Assembly (NCBI RefSeq): GCF_006345805.1
Contig: NC_042998.1
Location: 174,840,001 to 174,904,000 of the forward strand
Origin: Octopus sinensis
Taxonomy: Eukaryota
Direction: 5' to 3'
DNA: 64,000 bases
Position numbers and translations under genes: made by a program. Under the pieces are notes generated by a model. The model was not told the origin of the DNA and made no database searches. It saw only the letters and a program-made list of their open reading frames with translations. Within the stretch, counting starts at the first letter, position 1; each line of letters opens with the position of its first letter. Shown one piece after another: positions 34,497 through 46,400 of this stretch.

Positions 34497-37400
34497 GATT
34501 TGTCCAATGCATCCTTTCTTTAAAACAGTAGTGTGTGGATTGAGAGCAACAACTTGGTTGTCTCATAGGTTGAGTAATCTTGCAAAGGCCTTTCATCATT
34601 GATTCAGCATAAATTTGCCTGTTGTTCTTTAGCTCCAGATCAGCTCTGATCAAACAGACCTAAGAGGAAATGCATTCCAGATGTGGCCACCCTGTCTTTT
34701 GTATATCAAAAACTACATTGTCCAATATGTTTTATTTGAGAAAAATTTGGCTGTTTTTACCAAATGGGCAAATGACTGTAGCTGAATACCATGACCAGCT
34801 GGCATACATTGACATCACTTTGTAAGACAGAAGAGGCAGGCCAGATGATACCCTCATCTGTCAGAAAACAGCTCTCGTATTCTCTGTCTCTCTTCTCTTA
34901 TTTCATTCCTTTAGGCAGCTGGTTTGTGTAATAGGCAGTACAAGGTATGAATTATTCAGGAGGTATGTGATACTTGATAAGTGGAAGAGTCGAAAGGGTT
35001 TTGGCTATGTTTGTATTGATATACTTATATAAGCATCAGTATGAAAAGGACATTTTACTATAAGTAATTTTACATTAGAATAGTTGCATGAAATATTTGT
35101 AGTGTGACCTGCACTCCTCAGACCAACTGAATAATAAATTTAGTTAAGTAATATCTGTAACTTAGTGTTTATTAGTGTTCTTTTGAAATTGTTTCTTGTT
35201 CTGGGGATTTGAGATCAGTACTGTAAGTTAGCAAAACACTTCTCAGTGTTATAGTAATCTTTCTTCCATTTAACTCTGGTTGTGTGTTGTGCCTTCCCAT
35301 GATACTTATTTCTGTATCACAGCAACATATCTGGCCTCCATGCCAGTGGCACGTAAAAGACACCATTCGAGCATGATCGTTACCAGCATCGCCTTACTGG
35401 CACCTGTGCCGGTGGCATGTGTAAAAGATTCGAGCGAGGTCGTTGCCAGTACCACCTGACTGGCCCCGTGCCGGTGGCATGTAAAAGCACCCACTACACC
35501 CTCTGAGTGGTTGGCGTTAGGAAGGGCATCCAGCTGTAGAAATTCTGCCAGATCAAGATTGAAGCCTGGTGCAGCCATCTGGTTTGCCAGCCCTCAGTCA
35601 AATCGTCTGGAAAGCGGACGTTAAACGATGATGATGATGAGCAACATACTGATGACATGGTATGAATATTCAATTCTTCAGCTGGTAATTAGATACCTTG
35701 GTCAGCCATGACTCTCCCACAAACCAACTGTTTTATCTACAGTTCAGGGCTTTTTGTCTTGCAAGTTACTTGGTGACTTTGCTGATGTTAATACCATGTA
35801 AAAAGCACCCACTACACTCTGTAAAGTGGCTGGCATTAGGGCTTGATACAATCCTCTAGCTCGTCAGCCCCTGCCAAACCATCCTACCCATGCCAACATG
35901 GAAGGCAGATGTTAACATGAAAATAAAAATCAAATGGAAATTGTAGTTGTGATACCTGTGCTGGTGTCACGTAAAAAGCACCATCCGAACATGGCAGATG
36001 CCAGCGCTGCCAGACTGGCATCCATGTCAGTGACACGTAAAAGCACCAATCGTGGCTGTTTGTGAGCCTCCTCCGGCCCCTGTGCCGGTGGCGTATAAAA
36101 AGCACCCACTACACTCACGGAGTGGTTGGTGTTAGGAAGGGCATCCAGCTGTAAAAACACTGCCAGATCAGACTAGAGCCTGGTACAGCCTCCTGGCTTC
36201 CCAGACCCCGGTCGAACCATTCAACCCATGCTAGCATGGAAAATGGATGTTAAACGATGATGATGATGATTAAACAAGAGTGTGAGATTCAAAATACATT
36301 ATTATAAAATTATTATTGTGTTCATTTAGGAACTTGACCTGCCTGAATCTTACGGAAATATTTTCTCAATATGGATTTGTTCACAAAGTCTTGGTACGTA
36401 TATTGATAACTATCATTAACTTTTATTTATTATTTCTCTATTTCTTTAAAAATATTCAAAATCTTTTGCTCCTTTTGCACTTCCATCATTGAAGAAAAGC
36501 TTTTGCAAATTTAGGCATTTGTATTTTGCAGAAACAGAAACTTATGCTTGAGTGTCCTTCATACTGCTAACCACTCAACTGTAAAATTGAAAGTGGGATT
36601 TATTTGTCAGCCAGGCAAACTGAGAGAAGCAAAATTGTGTAATTTGCTTAAGAGGCAGTATAAGAACTAAAGCTTAGCTTGAATTAGTATGCATGTTATC
36701 ACCAGTTCAGTACTTTCATGACCATTGGACTTTCACTGATGCAATTATTTGGTAATATGAGGAAATGTTAAAAATATCAGCACAAATAAAAAGAGTAAAC
36801 TCAAAATCTTAACTGTAAACAGTCATTGCAGTATACGTATAAATATGGAAATATATGAGAGTATTAAGCCTTTGTCCCACTGAGACTGTGGTTGAGAAGC
36901 TTGCTTCCTCACTGTATGTTTTCAAGTTCTGTCTCCACACTGTGTGGTACCTTGGGCAAATTAGGTGACTGTCTTCTACAATAGTCCTGGCTGACCAAAG
37001 AACTATTCAATTGAATGAAATTGAGAGAAGCTTGTTGTGTGTGTGTGTATGTACATTTGTTTTGACATCACTTGGTGGTTGTGAAGGAGCATCACCATAA
37101 TACAAGTAATGTTTTTTCTAGCCTTCTGTAAAAATAAAAAAAACCAGTCTGGCCATAGGAAAAATACCACCATGCTTGGAAACAAGTGAGGTGAGGGTTG
37201 GTGATATAGAGGGCATGTGGCCATAGAAAATCTGTGTCAATGAAGTTTGTCTGACCCATGCAAGCATGGAATAGTGGATGTTGAAATGAGTGTGAGGAGG
37301 AGGCTGTAGTGGTAGTAGTAGTGGTGATGATGGTGGAAATAAATAGTTAAGCAAAGTAATGATTGTATTTTCAGCTTTATTGTTAATAATTAATGATATC

Positions 37401-40400
37401 CACCATTGGGAAATTAGCCCTGTGGACATCAGAACTGGGATAAAAATATGAGCAGTGATATTCATATTTAAAGGAAAATTAATTGAATTTTAGTCACAGA
37501 CTTGATTCACTGAGAGCTAGTTTCCACTCTTCAGTGATGTCTATATACATAAAGATGTCTATATACTGTCTTATACATAAAGAAAATATATTTTATGCAA
37601 AATGTTTTGCTAATTACCAAAAAATTGTGAGATTTATTTTGTATTTTTAAAAAATGTCCTGTATATTGTAAAGATTTTCTCTAAACTATGGAAATTACTG
37701 TTTTAATTCTAAAAATTAATGAGAAGTAACATGGGTAGGTTGGAAAATGTGTCAGTCTCTTAATTGAAAATAATCCACAAATTTTGTGTGAGTGGTTTAA
37801 AACAACTAAGGATTTGGCACTTTGTATTGTCACCAACACTGTGTATATATATGTAGTCCAAACACTCAGTTCATGACGTTACTGTTGTTGTTTAACCCCA
37901 AGTCAGCCCTGATCAGACAGATCTATGATCAAAAGTATTTCAGCCATTACCATTCCATCTTTTTAAGATAACAGATGTGATTTAAGGATATTTGGGGCTG
38001 CTATTTCAAGCAGGTCAAGTAATTCTAAAGGTTCTTTTCTTAAATTAGATGACAAAAACAGAAAAATTTTGATTTTATCTTCCAAGGTCTCAGTGCTTCT
38101 AAAGGAAATCTTGGTAGAAATTAACAGTTATGGCAGAAGCAAGTTTAGTTGTTACTAGTAACCGAACAGTGTTAGTAAAAATAAAAATTAGTAGTTTTAT
38201 CATTATTAGTTGTAATAATTATTATACATTCTTGGCATTGTCTAGAACTCCAGTTGAAGTTGGAACACAAACCTGTCCATCAGTTACATTCTTGGAAAGG
38301 AGTTGTTAAACAGTTAACTGAAAAAGATCCTGAACAGGAAAAACCAGTCCTTCAATGGCGGCGCAATGCAAAAGTCAATCTCCAAGAAGAACAACTATTA
38401 CTTTCAGTAAATTGCTTTTCTATCTTTTAGTATAAAGTCTTATTTTACTTTTATATTTTCTAATTTTGTTTTTCTTTTTCATCTTCATTTTCCTCATCTT
38501 TTCTCATCTTCTTTTCATCATATTTTTCATAATCTTTTTCAACTTTGTTTTATTTATCATTTACTTCTTCTACTCTTACAGTTTGTCATAGACTCGGCAA
38601 TTAGTTCCATAAGTATTCCTTGTTCTGCCATTGGTTCATGGAAACATTTTATAAAACTTTGAGCTTGTGATATCTCCATCACAGGTGGTATCAGAGATAT
38701 CTATTGTAGGTAAATTTAATTTACAAGTATAGAACTGTAGTAGCACAAATATTTCTGTTGTTACTCATTGTTCATGTATTCTCTGTAGATTTCTACACTA
38801 TTGTAGTTGTTATCCACTACTTACAACAGTTAATGTCTCTTAATTCACGCACAAGAGAAATTTGTTTGGTTTTTCTCAAGCAGATTGATTAAACCTCTTA
38901 ATTTAATGGAAGAGCAATGATAATTATATCCTTTGTGTCTCTCCAAAGTATATTAGTGGCATAAATGAACTGAAATAATCAATGCAAATAAAAATTAGGT
39001 CATAAACTTTATTCAACAGACATTTATCTCCCATCTCAGGGTTTGCCATACTCTCGTATGATGGCCTTCAAGGCGGCGAGCTGGCAGAAACGTTAGCACG
39101 CCAGGCGAAATGCGTAGCCGTATTTCGTCTGTCGTTACATTCTGAGTTCCAATTCCGCCGAGGTCGACTTTGCCTTTCATCCTTTTGGGGTCGATAAATA
39201 AAGTACCAGTTTCCAACTGGGGTCGATGTAATCGACTTAATCCCTTTGTCTGTCCTTGTTTGTCCCCTCTATGTTTAGCCCCTTGTGGGCAGTAAAGAAA
39301 TACATTTTGTTTCCTGACAAGATAGTGCCTATCTCATTTTTGTCTTTATCATATTTCTCCTTATACAGAGCAGCTCACAGTAACTATGGACAATATGAAG
39401 TATAAACTTTTATTACAGTAATTAAATTTTATTTTCTAGACTTAAACAAGTCATTTAATTAGCTTCCATGTGTCTAGGTAGAGTCATTATGCCAATATAA
39501 TTAACACACTGGTTCAGTTCCCCTCATTTATTAAATATCTGATTGTTTTGGTTTTGTTTGTCAAAGCTCTTTTGTTGCTTCTTGAAACCTTCTCAGTAGT
39601 GGGTGGAACAGTAAAAATATGTAAAACTTTTCTCAAGTTCCAAATGTGAATTTGTCTGCGTTAACTACATCCCAAAGACGGAGCCTTATATCTTTGTTGG
39701 AAACCAGCTCCCTCCTCAGAGAGACATACACACACACACAAATGCAATAAAATCTCAAAACAAACAAATGCAACTAAGTCACTGAGAAGGTTGCAAGAAG
39801 CAGCAAAAGTGATTTGACAAACAAAACATCATCACCATCGTCATCAATTAGATAATTAATAAATGAGTGGAATTGAACCAGTGGGTGTGTGTTAATTATA
39901 CTGGCATAATGACTCTCCCTGGGCACAGCAAGTTGATTCGATAAAAATATAGTCTTATACCAATAAGAATTATCCCCCTTCTCTATTCTATTACAAAATC
40001 GACATCCGCAACACAGCATTCCAAAAGATAATTGGAATCTTTTCCTTTTGAACGGCAGTTTTCAACACAATTTCTAGTTAACTAAACACTTTTAAACTTC
40101 GTATACTGGTAGAATGTGTCAAAATAAAACATTTTTTTCTCTTGGCTTTCTTGAGAAAATTGTAAGTTGTAAGTTTAACGTAGTTTAATTTTTCGAATTT
40201 TAACCAATCGATGGCCTCTATTGAGCTAAAATCATTTGCTGTGTCTAAAACTGAGACAACATCCTGTCACTGTTATGTTACGTTCAACAGGAAAAGATCC
40301 GATAATTGTTTTATATTTCACTTAAAACGTGATGATTTATCGACTTGTTTAATTCATGGCTATGCTCCAAAGGAATATCTTGCATAAAACGTCTTTTTCT

Positions 40401-43400
40401 TCACCAGCAAATACAGCATGAAGTTGGCATCAACCTTCTCTTCCAAGAGGCTTACCACAACTACATTTATGGACTCTACCCATTTACTGATCAAACCAAT
40501 TACTTCCTTGCTGCTTGTCTTATGTATATATTAGGTGGAAAGCAAGACCCAAACACTGTCAAGTCATACTGGTCAGTTTATGTTGCTTATTTTTTATTAT
40601 CACAGTAAATAATAGGATATTCATGTAATAGGGCTTGCCTTTATCATCAGTTTACTTTAAATGTTCAGTAAAAATATTTATCAATTTCTATCTGAAATAT
40701 TCATGAGCTAATTTCTTTCTCTCTCTCACAAGGTTAGTTCTTTGAAGGAAATAAATAAAATTGGAATGGATAGGAGATAGAAAAGAAACAAAGAATAGTC
40801 TAAAGATACTACTTTCAAAAATGTTTCAAACATTTCATTGATAAATAAATTTTTAAATCATCATCATCATCGTTTGACTTCTGCTTTCCATGCTAGCATG
40901 GGTTGGACAATTTTGACTGGAGGCTGGCGAACCAGATGGCTGCACCAGACTCCAATCTTGATTTGGCAGAGTTTCTACAGCTGGATGCCCTTCCTAATGC
41001 CAACCACTCCGAGAGTGTAGTGGGTGCCTTTTACGTGCCACCGGCACGGGGGCCATTCAGGCGGTACTGGCAATGACCTTGCTCGAATCCTTTTACACAT
41101 GCCACCAGCACAGGTGCCAGTAAGGCGACTTTGGTAATGATCACACTGGAACGGTGCCCTTTTATGTGCCACTGGCACGGAAGCCAGTTGACTGCTCTGG
41201 CAACAAATAATATCAACAACCAATATCTAAATGAAATGTTAATCAGCTTTTTTTATGTGTGCATGAAATATATTTGGTTCATTTCAGCTCTCTTGCCGCA
41301 TTTGATTTATCCCCTACTGAATGTTTTATTTCTATTTTCTCTTTCAGTACAAAAAATTTGACAAAATTTCTTCCAACTTCAAAGCAAAAAGTAAAAGGAA
41401 ATGCCAATTATATTTTAGCCCAATATCGACAGCTTCTTGAAGATGACAGTCTTACTCATACGGTTTGAATATTTCTCTGGCTCCTCTCTTTATTTTGTAT
41501 TTGTTTTCCTCACATTTAAAATAGTTTGTTTTTTTCCATTTAATATTGTTTTTTTCTTCTTGATTTTAATTTTTTTTCTATTATTCTATTCTCTCAAATT
41601 ACAGTCTCTCAAATTGGAATTTCTAAAGAAATGTCACACACTTCAAATATATGGATCTGCTTTTTTCTTTGGAACACTTCAGGAGCGAGTATGTTGAAAT
41701 TTTTTTTTTAAATTCTACTTTTATTTCTCATTCATTTGCTAATCTTAGAATTTAGTGAGGTAATATGTAAGACTATTTCTGAAATATATATATATATATA
41801 TATATATAATCATCATCATCACATGTCCATTTTTCATGCTGGTATGGATCTGATCGTTCAACAGAAGCTGGTCAGCCAGAGGACTGCACCAAGCTCCACT
41901 GTCTTCTTTGATGTGGTTTCTATGGGACCATCACTAGTGAGGTCACTGAGTAACTTTTAAGACAAGACCCTTTGACTAAGGGGCAGAACAGTATTGATGG
42001 AGGTGGTTTTATACCAGGTGATAAGAGGTTAAAGTATGATATAAAGACAGGAACGAGTGTAGAGGAAGTACATGGTTACTCCAGTTGGGAAAGAAAGTGG
42101 ATGGTGGTAAAGATGTGTCAGGGCATACTCTCAAGTTACAGAAAGGTGGATAAAAGAGAAATGGTGTGGGTGGGTAAGTAAATTCGTGGGAGTATGAGAA
42201 GTGAGTAACAGATCAATAGAGACTGAGAAAGAGAGAAAGGCAGTGCAGGAATGCAGGTGAAGGCACAGCCAATCACAAATGTCAGTTGAAAGTGAAAGTA
42301 GAGAAAGTAGGTGGGAGTCAGAGAGAAGGTGGCAGGAAAAATTATATGAACAGTAGGGGATGGGGTGCAAAAGATGCACAGTACCAAAGACAAAGTCAGA
42401 GGTACGTCAGTAGCAACTACAGGAGATAAACAGAGGTAATGGTGAAAAAGTCATCATTGGCAAAATAAGGTGGTATACAAGGGAAGGGGAGGTGAAAAGA
42501 GCATTTAGTGGAAAATAAGGAGCAGTAAGGAATGATACTGAGAATGTATGAGTAAAAGCAGAAGTTCCAGGGAGAATAGGCGACAGGAGATATGTGCAGT
42601 TGATAAAGCTGGAGTGTTATCCCTTAATGTAGCAAGCATGTCAGTACAAATGTCTTTGGAAGTTAAACCCCTTTTCTGCAGGTACTTCATTACACTATAA
42701 TAATATAATGAAATTATTGTATACAGTGCTCAGGTGAAATTTTGTCCATTTTCGAGAGAAGTCACTTCTAGATACTTCTGAAGTCTCCTTTGAGCAGTCA
42801 AATATCAGTTTACCTAGAAAAAAAAATAAGAAGAGTTGAAATTAATACATGCAAGATTTCACAGCTCTAGCATCACTCTTTCATAGTCAACCGAAGAACT
42901 TTTCAGCCCACTCCTGTATATCCTAGATCAATTCATCTTTTAGTTGACCATTTGATTCTTGTACCCTTTCACATTTCACATTCTGTCTTGTCTGTAATTT
43001 CATATCCTGTCTTGGCTTGAATTTGCATTAATTAACAATGAATAAAACAAAATGTGTAATTTCTGTCTTTGTAGGCAAATCGGTTTACACCATACCATAT
43101 AGGTGTAAATGGCTTTGGTATTCATTTAATTAATGTTCAAGCAAAGGTAAGTTTTCTTAGAACTATAAAGTCTTTCCAAATTAAATTTATTCAGTAGATT
43201 TTTTTTTTATATAGTTAAGGGCCATGAAATTAACAGCCTGAAAAGAGGCTAAATACATTTAGCTTTTGCCTCCCACTCATTTCAATTAGATTAAATTTCA
43301 TAATAGTTTAAGAAAAGTTCAATAGATTTCATACTATATAATTGTCATCATCGTTATATAATGTCTGTTCTCCATGCTGGCATGGGCTGGATGGTTTGAC

Positions 43401-46400
43401 AGGATTTAAGAAGCCACAATACTGCATCAAGCTCCAGTGTCAGCTTTGACACATTTCTCTAGCTGGATGTCTTTTCAAATGCCACCCACCTTATAGTGTG
43501 TACTGGGTGCTTTTTTTTATGCTGCAAACATAAGAAAAATACTAAATAGAAATTCCTTTAACATTTGAACTCTTTACAATATGGTGTCACATCGAGGGTA
43601 TTTCCCTGTTAAACTATTAGCATTTGGAATGGCATCCCTCTTGTAAAAAAAAATTTAATTATTTCTTATTCATTTGCTAATCTTAGAATTTAGTGAGATA
43701 ATATGTAAGACTATTTCGGAAATATATATATATATATCATCGTTTAACGTCCGTTTTTCATGCTAGCATGGGTTGGACGGTTCAACCAGGGTCTGGGAAG
43801 CCAGGAGGCTGCACCAGGCTCCAGTTTGATCTGACAGTGTTTCTACAGCTGGATGCCCTTCCTAACGCCTACCACTCCGTGAATGTAGTGGGTGCTTTTT
43901 ACGTGCCACCGGCACAGGGGTCAGGGGAGGCTGGCAAACGGCCACGATTAGTTGGTGCTTTTACATGTCACTGACACGGACGCCAGTCAGGCGGCGCTGG
44001 CATCTGTCACATTCGGACGGTGCTTTTTACGTGTCACCGGCACATGTATCTTAACTACAATTTCCATTTGATTTTTATTTTGATGTTGGTGTTTACGTAC
44101 TTGACTCAATAGGTCTCCTCAAGAACAGCGGGTCACTCTACGATCCAAGGTTAGCACAGCAGGCCGTCCTGCAAACACACTTCATTTGTCAGGTCTTCAC
44201 AGTCACAGCATATCTCAGGGGTTCGGTCTTTGTCATTTCCTCTGTGAGGCCCCACTGGCATGGGTATCACAACTACAATATCCATTCGATTTTTATATTG
44301 ATGTTGATCTACTTGACACAGTAGGTCTCCTCAAGCACAGCAGGCCGATTCAGAAATTATCCCCTGCATAACAAACAAAAGATTATAAGAAAAGAATATA
44401 TTTACACCATAAATACTGATAGTTACTCCACTTAAGCAAATAAAGAAAATATGAAGCAGGGTACATAACTTTGTTGTCCTCAATCTGCCTGGCTGAAAAG
44501 TTTGAGCCCTTGCTTTACGGTCAAGTGTTTAGCTGCATGAAAGTGTCAAGTTATGAAAACAGTTGCCATAACAATTTTTACATCATATTTGAAAAAGCCA
44601 CCACCCCACCCAAACTTTTTGAATCACTGCTAATCTTGAAGTTAGTCTTCCTCTTAAGGTGTCTCTAGATTATACAACCATATTACTGAATATCCCTGAT
44701 GTTCCTTACAAATTCTTTGATCAATCAGCTGTAAATATTTTTGAAAGTGGAAGACGTCTTATGACAAGAATTTTATTGTAATCTTTCACATGAAAAGAAA
44801 AAAAAGAGGAAAAAAGCAATGCAAAAAAAACTTAAAAAATATAAATTAACATTTAGAAAAATTAAGAAACATACTAATAAAAACTGCCCTAATGAGGAAT
44901 AAATTCAGAAATATGTATGTAAATGATAGAACATCTTCAAATAAAATTGAGAATCATTTGAGTTTTTTTTAGAGACTTGTTGTGTAAGGCTGGAACAATG
45001 TGAGGATTTCTATATTTGACTTTAATTTCAAGTATAATTTTATTTCTACCTTCAAAGAAAGAAAAATGAACTTATGTATATATCATCATTTTTGCATTTG
45101 CCCTTTCACGCTAGCATGGGTTAGGCTGCTGGTCACAACTCAATTCATTTGTTATTTGGAGTTATTGTCCTCTGAAATGAGTTTAGTACTATGTATTGCT
45201 AACACATGCCATTTTTATAGCATAGTTTCATTGGTTGGATATCCTTCCTACTATCAGCTAATTTACTAAATGCACTCGATGGATTTTATCATGGCAACAA
45301 CACTGGAGAAAATATCTTGTCCCAGTTGTACAGCAGTTCGTTCATGAATATTTATACTCAAAGAACATTTACTCACATGCTAATAAAGAAAGTGAAGGAA
45401 AGACAGTGATACCAGAAGAGAAAGAGAAGTGAGAATGAGTTAAACATTGAAATGAAATTGGTTATATGTTATCTTTTATTGAAGCATTATATATTATCAT
45501 TTTCTTGTACATACATTTGTCTATGTTGTGTCAGCTTGACAGGTTTGCTCCTAAACAGCTTCCTGCCATTTGCTGGTGAGATCGTTGCCAGAGCAACAAG
45601 CTGGCCTCCATGCTGATGGCTTGTTAAAAACACGGGAAAAAACATTCAAGCGAGGTCGCTGCCAGTGCCGCTGGACTGGCTCCTGTGCAGGTGGCACATA
45701 AAAAGCACCATTTGAGCATGGCCGTTGCCAGTACCGCCTGACTGGCCCTCGTGTCGGTGACACATAAAAGCACCCACTACACTGTCGGAGTAGTTGGCGT
45801 TAGGAAGGGCATCCAGCTGTAGAAACTCTGTCAGATTAGATTGGAGCCTGGTGCAGCCATCTGGTTAGCCAGACCTCAGTCAATTCGTCCAACCCATGCT
45901 AGCATAGAAAGCAGATGTTAAACGATGATGATGATGATGATGAGCATTCTGAGGTCAGCTTTCTTCATCTTGGTTTTCTTCTTTCACTGGCTCCTTCCAC
46001 TTTAGTCACATGACCTTTCTTACCTTTACTGTCATCCTTCATATTATATGTACAAAAAACTCATATATGAATGCATGGACAAATGAAATAAAGAGGCACT
46101 CAATACATTTGGTTATTTATTTAAAAACAGTTTGATTTGGGCCCATGCAACTTCGTTTCATAGCCACATCACAGGAACCTGGAGCCAAATCAGAAACTGT
46201 TTTTAAATAATAATAATAATAATAATAAGACCCTGGGAAACCTCTCACAGAATCAACCAGAGCAAGTAAGACCAAAACCTCTGAGAAGTAAAATGTAGTA
46301 GTAGTAGTAGTAGTAGTAGTAGTATAAGAATAATAATATTTATATATAAGTATCTTTTTCTTTAATTTCAGAGTTTTCCCAAAAGTTACATGTATAAGGA

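Noticed and set aside
38582-38709. Exon-like segment with a strong pyrimidine tract and AG|GTAAAT
   Set aside because: It has no KRIT1 similarity, and exon 11 joins exon 12 in phase without it. A poison exon cannot be excluded but is unsupported.
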